Below, piece after piece: positions 28,515 to 42,294 of a DNA stretch of 64,000 nt. Where the stretch lies: assembly GCA_951406725.2 (NCBI GenBank), contig OX597834.1, positions 38,688,001 to 38,752,000 on the forward strand, given 5' to 3'. Source of the DNA: Octopus vulgaris. Its lineage: Eukaryota. Position numbers and translations under genes: made by a program. Positions within the stretch are counted from its first letter, which is position 1. Every line of letters starts with the position of its first letter. The notes beneath the pieces were generated by a model, which saw nothing but the letters and a program-made list of their open reading frames with translations, was not told where the DNA came from and made no database searches.

Positions 28515-28840
28515 CTTTTGTTCTTTTCCTTGTTTCAGTCTTTTGACTGTGGCCATACTGGAGCACCGCCTTACAGGGTTTAAGTCGAGCAAATCGATTC
28601 CAGCACTAATTTCTCAAGCCTAGTACTAATCTTATCGATATCGTTGGCCGAACCGCTAAATTACGGGGATGTAAATACACCAACACAGATTGTGAAGCAG
28701 AGTGGGAGGGTGGACAAACACAGACACAAAGACACACACTCATAGATAAATATATACGAAGGGCTTCTTTCAGTTTCCGCCTACGAAATTCACTCACAAG
28801 GCTTTGGGGTACCACGGAGTGGGACTGAACCCGGGAAGCA
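28515..28840 (-). mobile_element. SINE family B, partial
   Basis: Matches the family-B tail and the GGGCTTCTTTCAGTTTCCG body. Confidence 0.8.
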
Positions 28841-29018
28841 AGATTGTGTATATGCGTGTACGTACGTCTACCCTTCAGTTTACAGTCAAGAGAAAAAACC
28901 CGAAACACAAAAGTTGAGTGTAAAATTTTACGATTAAAAAGTCATTTGATAGAAAATGGGACAATTGCAAAAGAATGGATTCTATAAAAAGATGTGTGTA
29001 CGCGTACGTATCACCGAC

Positions 29019-29101
<83 letters not shown>

Positions 29102-29439
29102 CCATTTCGACCAACACTTTATTATCTATCTATTGCGTTTGTTTATATTTAGTTCATTGTACTCTATAATTAGAAGCTTATTTTCGATGTCAGGAAATTT
29201 TTGTTATTCTTTCAGATAAAGCTATCTATTAATATTAACAAAAAGGCCGGCTATGCCATTCTCTGTACCTATGGCTGTGACATTTATTAAAAACATGCAC
29301 AACCAATACACACACACACACACACACACACGTATATTCATGCACGTGCTCGCCGATCCAGTCATATGCAAAACATAAAATGTAAATATGTACACTCGCA
29401 CAAACACATACATATACACACACACACAAATACATGTCT

Positions 29440-29830
29440 GTGTATTAAGAAGCTTGCTTCTCAACGGTATAGTTCCGGGTTCAGTTCCACTGCGTTGGCA
29501 CTTTTACTATATCCTCGGGTCGACCAAAACCTTGTGAGTGGATTTGGTAGAGAGAAACTGAAAGAAGCCCGATGGTGAGGACAAATACACAATATATATA
29601 TATATATATATATATATAGTGTATTTGTCCTCACCATCACCGCTTGACAACCGGTGTTGGTGTGTTTACGTTCTCGTAACTTAGTAGTTCAGCAAAACAG
29701 ACCGATAGAATAGCTTCCAGGCTTTAAAAATATACTAGGGTCGTTTTGTTCGGTCTAAATCCTTTCAAGGTGGTGCCCCATCTTGGTCGCAGTCATATGA
29801 CCGAAACAAGTTTAAAATAATAGATAAAAG
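29440..29830 (+). mobile_element. SINE family B, diverged
   Basis: GTTCCGGGTTCAGTTCCACTGCG...CTTGTGAGTGGATTTGG...GAAACAAG. Confidence 0.8.
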
Positions 29831-29832
29831 CT

Positions 29833-29898
<66 letters not shown>

Positions 29899-29928
29899 AT
29901 ATAATATAATATAATATAATATAATATA

Positions 29929-30430
29929 TTGGTTTGGTAACTAAGTTCCCGCTGTTTTTTTTTAATTTTGGAATTTATTGCGTTTTTAAATTTTGGAATC
30001 TATTTTTTTCAAGAATTCTATTTTTGAATCATTTTGGAATCTTTTTTTTTTATTCTTGTTAATTTTAGTTAATTTTTGTTTATTTTCAGATCATTAAAAT
30101 AGAAAAACGAACATTTTCGACACCTCCTTCTTTTTGCTTTTAATCAAGTTTCTAAGGCCACGAAAGATGCTCACGACATTTGTGTGGTGTATGGAGAAGG
30201 TGCCATACCTGAAAGAACCGCTTGCGATTGGTATGCCAAGTTCAAAAATGGAAATTTTGACCTCAAAGTCGCATCTCGTTCAGGCCGTCCAGTTGAGTTC
30301 GATGAAGAGCGATTAAACCAACTTTTACGCGAAAATTCTCGTCAAACGACAAGGGAACTGGCAGAGTAAATGGAATGCTCCCACACTGCTATAGAGAAAC
30401 ATCTTCACTCGATGGGAAAGGTTTAGAAGA
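29929..30430 (+). mobile_element. Mariner 5' fragment (TIR-like end plus N-terminal HTH region)
   Basis: TIR-like TTGGTTTGGTAACTAAGTTCCCGCTG after TA; VYGEGAIPERTACDWYAKFKNGNFDLK..RSGRPVEFDEERL..TTRELAE*. Confidence 0.85.
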
Positions 30431-30604
30431 TTCGCAATCTAGACTAGGGTTTGAAAGTTGGCCACACCATAGTGGGTTCCTCTGCTTTGTGGAAGAAGTA
30501 GGAAGAAAGAGTGAAAGAAAGTTGTGGTGAAAGAATACAGCGCGGTTGACTTCTCAGACTGTAACCCACTTGATTATTATGTGTGCAGCACAGTTGAGTG
30601 ACAG

Positions 30605-30888
30605 ACCAACAAAAGGGGCTGATTCCTACCTTGCTCAGATACCAGGAAACCCCCAAAATGGCAGAAATTCAAAAAATAATGCACATGAGAAATACTGTCT
30701 ATGTAATCTCAAAAATTTTAAAACAAAATTATAATTTTCTTATATTTTCTTAAACATTCTCTAGAACGAAATCAAATATATGACACCCCAGGCATAACAC
30801 CAACATGAACTTCCAACTTGTTATCTCCCGAGGTCTCTTGGTGAGACTCGGAGTCAACTTGTACAAATACAAAGCAGAAGTCAAACAT
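30605..30888 (+). mobile_element. R4/Dong-like retrotransposon 3' end abutting (TAA)n
   Basis: TKGADSYLAQIPGNP..AEIQKI, homologous to 57378-57520; 3' hairpin CCGAG..TCTC..GAGACTCGG; followed by a (TAA)n tract. Confidence 0.65.
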
Positions 30889-30911
30889 ATAATAATAATA
30901 ATAATGATATT

Positions 30912-30988
<77 letters not shown>

Positions 30989-31028
30989 TGATGATGATGA
31001 CAAAAACAACACCAACAATAATAATGAT

Positions 31029-31075
<47 letters not shown>

Positions 31076-31076
31076 T

Positions 31077-31132
<56 letters not shown>

Positions 31133-31147
31133 TATTAATAATAATAA

Positions 31148-31178
<31 letters not shown>

Positions 31179-31180
31179 AA
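30889..31180. repeat. (TAA)n microsatellite
   Basis: Direct reading. Confidence 0.97.
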
Positions 31181-31472
31181 TTGGTTTCTAATTTCGACAT
31201 CAGAAGAGAAGGGGTTAGTGGATTCCATTAATCCCTTGATTGGTACTTTATATTCTCGACCCTGATCTGTTGAAAGCAAAGTTTGACCTTAGCGTGATTT
31301 GAACTCAGAAGGTTAAGAACCGAATAATAAGCGACAATAAACCGTTATAAAAAAAAATATCGGTGAAGGTCACGGAATCTACTGCCACAAAAGCCTACAA
31401 AACCAATCAATAAAAATCTATTTATGTTCATGTCTGAGTTTTGTCAACAACAACAACAACAACAACAACAAC

Positions 31473-31521
<49 letters not shown>

Positions 31522-31570
31522 ACAGGAACTAGAAAAACAACATCACGTCTGTCTATCTTTCTGTCTGCTT

Positions 31571-31615
<45 letters not shown>

Positions 31616-32124
31616 CTCTGTTGTATCTCTTTTCATTTTGTCTGTCCATGTGCTTTTGTTGTTATTGTTGTTGTTGTTGTTTGTTATCGTGATTGTTATT
31701 GATAATATTGTTGTTTGTTTGTTCGTTTGTTTTTTGTTGTGTTATTGTTATTTATTGTTTAACTGTTGCTTATTGTTTCGTCTTCACTCGCAGTCACTTA
31801 AGTATCGTCTGCTTTCTTTCAGAATCAAACTCGACATTTCATGTGACTGTCTGTCTGTCTCTGTCTGTTGTTATACACGCACAAACACACGCACCCGAAC
31901 ACACGCGCACATACACATATACACATATATATATTTATTTTTATATACATACACACATACATACATACATACATATATATGTATATATACATAATAATCC
32001 ATATAGATGCATAGATGTATATACACACATATATATATAGATATATTATAATCCATACATATATAAATATATATCTTACATACATCTATATATACATATG
32101 CATACATACATACGCATCTATGTA

Positions 32125-32170
<46 letters not shown>

Positions 32171-32251
32171 TATATACATATGTATATATACATACATACA
32201 TGCATACATACATATATATATATATACATACATACATACATACACACATAC

Positions 32252-32284
<33 letters not shown>

Positions 32285-32754
32285 CACACATACATACATA
32301 CACACAGACAGACACACAGACGTGTCTTTGTCTGCTGACATTTACACCTTGTTTTTATTATTGTATTTGAAATGTGTTAACAGGATTCACAGAAAAGCTT
32401 ACGGATAAACACTTTGCGGTATTTAGTCACGACTCGTCACGGTGTGAGTTCAAATCGTACCAGAACCAAATCTACCTTTATATGTTTTGAAAAGAATACC
32501 AGTTATATAACAGGGCCGATTTCATTGGCTACTTTAACTTACCAATGGCCTTTTGCCGATGTGCAACGTGATGTATAGAATAACCGACAAGCAGAAGGTG
32601 TATAGTTTCTGCCGGATGAAATTAAATGTTATTGTAACCTATGTCCACTTAGTTCTGCGTTCAAATCTCACCAGGTGCATTTTGCCTTTCATCATAGTGA
32701 AGGACGTGGTACATGTAAAGTATTAGCGGACGCTCAGGGAAGGAAAGAGAGGTG

Positions 32755-32789
32755 GTTTTACTTTTCGAGCAAAGCTCTTCTTCAGATAC
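32755..32789 (-). ncRNA. Compact hammerhead-like motif
   Basis: GUAU-CUGAAGAA-GAGC(UUU)GCUC-GAAA-AG-UA-AAAC. Confidence 0.5.
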
Positions 32790-32797
32790 AGGAGACT

Positions 32798-33088
32798 ACG
32801 CCGGGCGAAATACGTAGCCGTATTTCGTCTGTCGTTACGTTCTCAGTTCAAATTCCGACGATGTTGACTTCGCCTTTCATCCTTTCAGGGTCGATTAAAT
32901 AAGTACCAGTTACGCACTGGGGTCGATATAATCGACTTAATCCGTTTGTCTGTCTTTGTTTGTCCTCTCTGTGTTTAGCCCCTTGTGGGTAGTAAAGAAA
33001 TATATTAGTATATTGGTGGTGAAAATCCGTTTGTCCGCCCTTGTTTGTCCCCTCTGTGTGTAGCCCCTTGTTGGCAGTAAAGAAATAA
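32798..33088 (+). mobile_element. SINE A, 5'-truncated, with duplicated 3' tail
   Basis: AATCCGTTTGTC...GTAAAGAAATA occurs twice (~32939-33000 and ~33023-33088). Confidence 0.85.
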
Positions 33089-33649
33089 GAAACAGGAAAC
33101 AGAGGAAAATCCAAGAGGAAAGGAAGACAGAGGATAAAAATCGCCAACGATTCACATGTGGCTACGTATATATCTATACAGACACACACACACATATATA
33201 TATATATAGGCAAACACCTCGAAACCTGGGTCCGTATGTGGCTTCCGCTTCTTCGGTGGATGACCTCCCTTTGCAGGATAGAGGACGCCGTGATGGTGTC
33301 AAGCCTTTCTGGTGACGTTGATGTTCGCCTGGGGCTAAATGCAACAGTAACACCCCCACCGCCCTGCCCTGTCCCTAGCCACATTCAAATGGCTAATGTC
33401 CCTTTTGTTATATATATATATATATAGCGGTTCGGCAAAGAGACCGATAGAATAAGGGTCGATTTGCTCGACTAAAAGGTGGTGCTCCAGCATGGCCGCA
33501 GTCTAATGACTGAAACAAGTAAAAGAGTATATATATATATATATATATGTAGTTCTTTTACAGGGCTTAGAAAAACTGAAGGACTGATGCAGTAAGTGTG
33601 AGAATGTGAGCGGGGAATTATATTGAATAAAATCATAATTAATTGATCT

Positions 33650-33908
33650 GCGAGAGACCAACAAAACTCCTTGTAACACAAAAGATGAACTGAAGACAAA
33701 GCTTATGGCAGCATTCACCAACTTAAACAAGGAGACCGTCCAGAAGAGTTGCAGGAGATTCCGAAGTCGTCTGGAGGGCGCGGTTGAAGCCAATGGCGAT
33801 TTTATTCCACAAATTTACTCTAGTATTTCAACATAATTTTATGTAATTGTGGTAAATATATCTGTTAAAATTTTTGCGTAATTTAGACGACAATTTATTC
33901 ACCGCTCC

Positions 33909-33912
<4 letters not shown>
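33650..33912 (+). mobile_element. maT-type transposon 3' fragment
   Basis: ETNKTPCNTKDELKTKLMAAFTNLNKETVQKSCRRFRSRLEGAVEANGDFI; homologous to the C-terminus at ~54420-54575. Confidence 0.7.
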
Positions 33913-33958
<46 letters not shown>

Positions 33959-34031
33959 ATGTATGTATGTATGTATGTATATATATATGAGAAAAACTTC
34001 GATATATTTACTCTTCAATTATTGGCCATGC

Positions 34032-34088
<57 letters not shown>

Positions 34089-34118
34089 GTATATTACGGA
34101 GATGTACTTGTTGAGCGA

Positions 34119-34325
34119 AAACAGTTGCAGTCTGGAAGGTGTTTATAAGCCATTTAAGAAACACACAAAAAACGTTAGATTCACTTCAACATTTAAATTT
34201 AAATTGTCAAAATATTTTCGACGCTTTGACAAATATTCTGACAAATTAAATTTAAATGTTGAAGAGAATCTAACGGTTTTTGTGTGTTTCTTAAATGGCT
34301 TATAAATACCTTCCATGCTGCAATT

Positions 34326-34329
<4 letters not shown>
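34119..34329. repeat. Long fold-back inverted repeat (~99 bp arms, ~13 nt loop)
   Basis: 34119-34217 is the near-perfect reverse complement of 34231-34329. Confidence 0.95.
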
Positions 34330-34380
<51 letters not shown>

Positions 34381-34517
34381 TGTATGTATATATATACATA
34401 TGTGTGTGTGTGTATATATATATATGCGTAGCGGTTTATCAGAATGTTTTTGGGAAAAACTCTGATGCATACATATAAACACACACATACATATACATGT
34501 ACGTCTGTATATATTTG

Positions 34518-34771
<254 letters not shown>

Positions 34772-34786
34772 GTATATATATATATG

Positions 34787-34887
<101 letters not shown>

Positions 34888-35462
34888 GTATATCTGCATC
34901 TGTATATATGTGTCAATATACATCTGTATTTTCGCGTATGTGTATTTATATATGTGTGCGTGTATCTTGAGATAAAATGAGAAATATGTGTGTTTGAGTG
35001 TGTCTGTGCTTGTGCGCCTGTGTTTGTGTAAACATACACACAAACATACATACACACACAAACATACATACATACATACATGCATGCATATTGCTGTTCA
35101 GCTGTATGGGTTCATTTGTATGTATGTATGTATATAAATCTTGTACGGAAAGAAGTGCATTGTACATAAGCGTATAGAATATAGGTTATCCATCAGAAAA
35201 GTGATTCCTCCTAAATTCACAGATTAAAGAACATATATTAATCTCACATAGCGACAGACAATAGAGCGGAGGATAGAGATAAGATTTTGAATTGGGTCAA
35301 GGTAGCAACCCACTTTTCTATTTCACGGAAACGTTCTATATTCTCAGCCCCATTACCTCAATCATACACTAAAATGTAGATCGAATTGATTTCGACATCA
35401 TTCGCCATTCTTCGTTCTTCCCTTGAAATTAATAGACTTTCCTGAGGCCTATATACATACAT

Positions 35463-35522
<60 letters not shown>

Positions 35523-35549
35523 GTACATATATATATATATGTATGTATG

Positions 35550-35603
<54 letters not shown>

Positions 35604-36207
35604 GTGTGTGTGTGTGTGTGTGCAACTGCTTCAGGATTAGTGATGACTGACAGTTTCAACGCAGGAGCATAATCGACAACAGAGACTCCTCAGATCAGCT
35701 GTCATTGTTTATTGAAATACTTTTGTGTTGAATTCCCACTGATTTCGGTTCCGCTATGCGTAAAGCAAGAAAGAAATAATTAAAGAAAGAAAGAAATATA
35801 TAAAGAAAGAAAGAAAGAAAGAAGGAAGGAAACGAATGAATAAATAAATAAATGAATAAGAATCTCTTTTTAAAAAAAAATATGGGGTTGGTTTATTAAG
35901 TCTTGTGTAGAGTTGTCTCCGTTGCAATGGAGGCGAATTGTATAACAGATAAAGATGGATGCCTCTTCCTGCTTTACGCATATGTACATAAGAACAAAAT
36001 ATACAAACGGTCACTCACACACACACACACACAAACACAAACACAAACACACACAAGCACATACTTATCGCAAAACAGACATCCGATCGTACAAACTAGG
36101 CTATCGGTCAAGTTATTCAGTTATTTGCTCATACAGGGCCACACTCACACACACACACACGTACACGCACACATCCATGCACATGCTTATACACTCGCAA
36201 TATTAAT

Positions 36208-36428
36208 CTGACGAGCTGGCAGAATCGCTAACGCGCCGAATATCCTCATTCTTGGCAGCATTTCATCCGCCTTGGTGTTCTGAGTTCAAATTCCGCCGAG
36301 GTTCACTTTGCCTTTCATCCTCTCAAAGTCGATAAAATAAGTACCAGTTGAGTACTGGGGTCGATGTAATCGACTCCCCGCCCCACCCCCCAAAAATTGC
36401 TGGCCTTGTGCCAAAATTTGAAACCAAA
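36208..36428 (+). mobile_element. SINE family A
   Basis: CGAGCTGGCAGAATCG...GTTCAAATTCCGCCGAGG...GTGCCAAAATTTGAAACC. Confidence 0.88.
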
Positions 36429-36849
36429 ATTAATTCAAGTTTGCATTTCACTGACATGATGCCTTGGCTACGTACGGAGGTGGATCTTATTTTCCCACAA
36501 TTCCTGTGGTAGTGAAAGTACACACAGATTAGAAAGAGTGCTCTATCTAGTTTATAAGGATACATAGACCCGCACCACGTTGCATTTACATTCTCATATA
36601 CATATAAACACACGCACACACACACATATAACCAACCAGTGCATATTAGCTCTTGTGCCATGCTAACATAACACAACCATACGGAAAGGAAACCCCCCTC
36701 CTCCTCATAGTTACGTAGTAAGAAAAGAGGGGGGGCTTATTGTAGTGATAATATATCCTTAGGGTTAACATACAAGGAAGAGGTACCTCTAGTGGTGTGG
36801 CTTCTTGGGGGCAAAAGTTTTAACGCTTCTAGACTAATCTGGTGGATTT

Positions 36850-37065
36850 CAGAATTTCAGCAAGTACTTATGGAAGTGGCGACATATCCGAAGTTTTCTG
36901 TGCGTCTTTTGAAAGACACTTTCACGGTTTTTGTGTCATAATATGTTCGCCTTCTCCACAAAAGTAGCTTTTGGATCGTTATTTAATCTACCTGATGGCA
37001 GTCTATGATGTTATCATTCAATTTCCAGAGATATTTCGACAGATTTCTTGATGAATTCCCTCCTT
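36850..37065 (-). pseudogene. Penelope-like endonuclease-region C-terminal remnant
   Basis: Minus strand NSSRNLSKYLWKLNDN...CRHFHKYLLKF, across frameshifts. Confidence 0.6.
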
Positions 37066-37319
37066 TGTTTATTTAAAACTTCCTTCAGGCATTCCAATTT
37101 TTTCTTATCTTTCTATTAAAACGCGCCTGTACTTAAATGTAAAGACAAAAAAATAGGGAGAAAAAATTCCTCTAATTTATAAGTAAGCATTTTCCTACTC
37201 AGCATAGGTATTGGTGTATTTTTTGGTGAACCAAATTGTGTTCAGAGATCTATTCATGTTAACGGAACACGTGTGGATTTGGTGAAGTCAAGATATGAGG
37301 ATTAGTTTGTTGGCTTGTT

Positions 37320-37935
37320 GGTCAGGCGACCGATCGGTCGGTCGGTCGTTTGGTTGGTTGGTTGGTTGGTTGGTTGGTCAGTTGGTCGATTGGTTGGTCG
37401 GTCGGTTGTTCGATCGGTTGGTCGATTGGTTGGTCGGCTGGTCGGCTGGTCGGTTGACTGGCTGGTTGGTTGGTCGGTTGGCTGGCTGGCTGGCTGGTTG
37501 GTTGGTTGGTTGGTTGATTGGTTGGTTGGTTGGTTGGTTGGTTGGCTGGTTGGTTGGTTGGCTGATTGGTTGGTTGGTCGGTTGGTTGGTTGGCTGGTTG
37601 GTTGGTTGGCTGATTGGTTGGTTGGTTGGTTGGTTGGTTGGCTGATTGGTTGGTTGGTTGGTTGGTTGGCTGATTGGTTGGTTGGATGGGTTGGTTGGTT
37701 GGCTGATTGGTTGGTTGGATGGTTGGTTGGTCGGTTGGTCGATTGGTTGGTTGGTTGGTTGGTTGGTTGGCTGGTCAATTGGTTGGTTGGCTGGTTGGTT
37801 GGTTGACTGAGTGGTCGGTCGGTTGATTGGTCAGTTGGTTGATCGGTTGATTGGTTGTTCGGCTGGTCAGTCAGTCGGTCGGTCGGTTCATTATTTAGTC
37901 GTTTGCTTACTTGAATAGTTGATTGGTTAATTGGT
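37320..37935. repeat. Degenerate (TGGT)n tetranucleotide array
   Basis: Direct reading; explains the LVGW/PTNQ ORFs. Confidence 0.97.
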
Positions 37936-38389
37936 TAGTAGGTTAGTTGGTTGTTTAGTAACCCAGTTGTCAGATTAACAGATCGTTTGCTTAGTTTACA
38001 ATATAAATAGAAGAACCGCCATATCCCCCCCCCCTTTAACCCTCGTCTACGTAACAAATAAAACCAAATTAATAATTTATGCTAATTAGCTAAAGCCTGA
38101 TAATATCGCAGTCTCCACATCCCGGTATCCCGAGTTCATATCCTATGGTCAGTATCATGTCTTCTTTGCAAGGAAGAGACTCTTATCTCTGTTTCTCTAG
38201 AGTTTCATGCCTAATTAAGCAATTAATCAATTAATATTTCTTTGATGATGTTTGGAGGCAACAGCCGATTTCACAGCCCCACGCCTAATCAAGATCTCCG
38301 TCGTTTCCTTGAAGCTCTAATCTTGCAGGTAACCGGCATCACAAACCAGTTTTTGATCAACTTCAATGGCTTTCCATTAAAACACCGCG

Positions 38390-38895
38390 ATAGTGGTGGT
38401 GATGATGATGATGATGATAGTAATGGTGGTGGTGGTGGTGGCGGCGGCGGTGGTGATGGTGGTGTGGTGGTGGTGGTAGCGGCGGGAATAAAGTTGGTAG
38501 TGGAAATAGAGAGTGGTGGTGATGGTGATGATGATGACGACGATAACGACAACGACGATGATGATGATGGTAATGACGACGATGATGACAACAACCATGA
38601 TGTTGATGATGATGGTGATGGTGGTGGTGGTGGTGGTGATGGTAGCGATGGTTATAGTGGTGGTGGTTGTGATGGTGATTGTGGTGGTGGTGGTGGTAGT
38701 GATGGTGATGGTTATGATGGTGGTGGTTGTGATGATGGTGGTGGTGGTGGTGGTGGTGAAGATGTTGGTAATCATGTGTGTGATGGTGGTGATAATTACG
38801 TTGATGGTGGTTGTGAAAGAAGAGGTGGTGGTGATGGTGATTTTGGTAATTAGAGTAACGGTGGTAGTGGTGACAGTGTTAGTGGTGGTTGTGGG
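38390..38895. repeat. (GGT/GAT)n low-complexity tract
   Basis: Direct reading. Confidence 0.95.
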
Positions 38896-39157
38896 TCTAG
38901 TAGTTTCGTTGTCCTTTTCATTTAATATCAGATAAGTGGAACTATTCGTTGACAATGGTTTAAATCGGAAAATTTTAAAGTAATGTCGTCAACAAGGGAG
39001 CTTTTATGCGGTTGGCCGACATGCTTGACATAGCAGCCAAATCGCCTTCAATACACACGAACACACATAGCCATACATATATCTACATATATACATACAC
39101 ACAGATACACATACAAATGTGCTATATATATATACTTCACTTTTAAATTTATTTCTA

Positions 39158-39482
39158 CGTGGTAAGTAGCTTGCTAACCAACCACATGGTTCCGGGTTCA
39201 GTCCCACTGCGTGGCACCTTGGGCAAGTGTCTTCTACTATAGCCTCGGGCCGACCAAAGCCTTGTGAGTGGATTTGGTAGGCGGAAACTGAAAGAAACCC
39301 GTCGTAGATATGTATATATATATATGTATATGTGTGTGTATATGTTTGTGTGTCTGTTTGTCCCCCTGCCCAACATCGCTCGACAACCGATAGTGGTGTG
39401 TTTACGTCCCCGTAACTTAGCGGTTCGGCAAAAGAGACCGATAGAATAAGTACTAGGCTTACAAAGAATAAGTCCTGGGGTA
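39158..39482 (+). mobile_element. SINE family B, truncated at both ends
   Basis: High identity to 53132-53546. Confidence 0.9.
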
Positions 39483-40555
39483 GACGTATACATTTCTGCC
39501 TTTAGGTTGTAAAATTGCGTTATCACAGTTCTGATACTTTTCGCTTTTACCGTTTATGAAATCAGCGTGTGATTTCAACGGAAATCTTATAAACTGACAA
39601 GGCGAGCTCAGTTTAACCCTAGCCACCGATGAGCATTAAAATGCCTAAGCATCAAAATGCGAAATCATCGATGATCTGGCTATCTCCGCTGCTGTAGGCA
39701 GCTTGCCTCCTTTGTCAGTCATTGAAATAGTGCTTTCTGTGGCTATTGAGTTGTTTTGACTCTTATTTCTAGCAATACTGATGCTGTTTCGTGCCCTTTG
39801 TCACTTTAGTGACGTATATATTTCTACCTTTAAGTTTTAAAAGTGCGAATTAGCCACCCATATTATACACACACACACACAAACAAACAAACAAACTGAC
39901 TAAAAGCATAATTAATGATCACGGCTAATTAACACAAAGCAGTATGGAGATGAAACAAGCCACCGTTGTAGCAGCGTCTGTGTCTGGACAGGAAGAGTCT
40001 ACCTTTTTCAGAGTGAGCTGCCAACACAGTTCTACTTTTGCGGACTGAACCTGCGCCATAGTGAAACAACGAATTTCTACTTCCAAATTCCACATAGTCC
40101 CCCCCACACACACACACACTACCCATAACCCAGACCCTATTCGAAAATAGAAGAATCATACAGTTTGGGTGTTATCTTGCTGTCAAACTCACAGACGAAA
40201 TTTGAAAGGAAATATAAAGACTTCGCGCTGGAAAGTTTGGAGATTCTTGTGTATTTTGTGAATTATCTGTAAAAGTTTGAAAAACTGTTGATTTGATGCT
40301 GAGATATTTCTTTTAAAATTCTTATTAGAGATTCATCTAAGCTTTCATGTTATTTCAAGAAAGCAACAGATTTTCTCTTTCGTTCAAAAAGATAATTCGA
40401 GATTTAAGATATGTACTTTTGGTCACTACTGCGTGCGTTAGGGGCCAAAATGGAATGAAGGAGACACAAAGGTGATCGAGAAAAGGTGAGGTCAAGAAAT
40501 ATAAAATGGCTACAAACAGAGGAACTATTGGCCCCTTAAGCGAGGAGCGTTTACT

Positions 40556-40975
40556 ATCTTATTTCTTTACTACCCATAAGGGGCTAAACACAGAGGGGAC
40601 AAACAAGGACAGACAAAAGGATTAAGTCGATTATATCGACCCAAGTGCGTAACTGGTACTTAATTTATCGACCCCGAAAGGATGAAAGGCAAAGTCGACC
40701 TCGGTGGAATTTGAACACAGAACGTAAAGACAGACGAAATATCTATTTCTTTACTACCCACAAGGGGCTAAACACAGAGGGGACAAATAAAGATCGACAA
40801 ACGGATTAAGTCGATTATATCGACCTCAGTGCATAACTGGTATTTATTTAATCGACCCCGAAAGGATGAAAGGCAAAGTCGACCTCGGCGGAATTCGAAC
40901 TCAGAACGTAGCGGCAGACGAAATACCGCTAAGTATTTCGCACGGCGTGCTTACGATTCTGCCAGCTCACCGCCA
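40556..40975 (-). mobile_element. SINE family A head-to-tail dimer
   Basis: Junction AGACGAAATAT|CTATTTCTTTACTACCCAC at ~40742. Confidence 0.92.
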
Positions 40976-41944
40976 TTTAGTATCTAGCGATTCCGATATC
41001 TGCAAGGCAAATGCTTGTAAAAGAAATTTCGGTTACAGACCGGTCAACCACAAAAAATATCTATTCCGGTATTTCGCCTGGGGCGACAAACAATACAGAG
41101 AAAAGGGATTATGTGAGAGACATTTCAGAAACAGGCAAATCCATCGATAGAATGATGCCAGGAGAAGAACCGGGGATGGCAAATATCGCAAACATGCGTC
41201 GTGGCAATTCAAAACAAATGGAAAACAAAGATTATGATAGTGACAAGTAACCTGGTGTCGCTGATATCGGGACAAAAAATAATTGAAGTATTAAGTGATG
41301 TGGCCTTTATTTCATTCATATCTATAGTTATGAATTAGTTTGCTTACAACCGTTTGAGCAATACTGTTTGCGTGTTAGTATGCTGCTGGAATAATCGTGG
41401 TACAAACGTGGCCCCTTCCACCGTATCCCCTTTTTCATTTAGGGAAATATAACAAAAAATAGGTTAAAATGTTAGATATTCTCGTTTGCCTTAAAAATGC
41501 ATGTAATGCGTATGTGCATGCGAGTGTGCACGTATGTGTGGATGTATTTGTGTGTTTGTGTTTGTGTGTGTATATATATGTTCGTGTATGTGTGTATGTA
41601 TGTGTATGTGTGTGTGTGTTGTATGTTTGTTTATTGTATCGTGTTTATTTTTTTTTTCTTTCAATGGCTTCCAACTGGGTCACGACATACATAATTCTTA
41701 ACATTGAAACTATGACAAAGACAGCAACAACGAAATTTTTTTTAAAAAATACATATATAAATATATACACACACACACATACATGCACACACACGCACGC
41801 GCACAAGCACACATGCAAACAAAAACAATCAACAAGGATATATGTGTGTGTCTAAGCCAATGACAGAAAGATATCACGGTCGACTCATTGGAGATTAGAA
41901 ATAAGATCAACAGCAACAACAACAACAACAGGACCAGCAGGCAC

Positions 41945-42018
41945 GGTAACTACAGTAACGACAACAACAACAACTACTACTGCTGTTGCTGCTGTTGCTG
42001 CTGCTGCTGCTGTTGCTG

Positions 42019-42050
<32 letters not shown>

Positions 42051-42108
42051 GCTACTACTACTACTACTACTACTACTGCTGCTGCCACTACTACTACGAC
42101 TACTGCTG

Positions 42109-42142
<34 letters not shown>

Positions 42143-42256
42143 GACGACGACGACGGCAACAAAAGATGGATTTAAAATTTTAAAAGAAAATGAACAGCAA
42201 TAACGACATAAATAGATAAAACGATTAAAAGATAACACAACAACAACAACAACAAC

Positions 42257-42294
<38 letters not shown>

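Noticed and set aside
38242-38853. 203-aa ORF with a non-repetitive N-terminus
   Set aside because: Starts at TTG, has only ~50 unique residues with no recognisable motif, and the rest is trinucleotide repeat.
40440-40540. 9-bp inverted repeat AGGGGCCAA/TTGGCCCCT near TTAA
   Set aside because: Too short, and TTAA is intact on one side only; could be chance.
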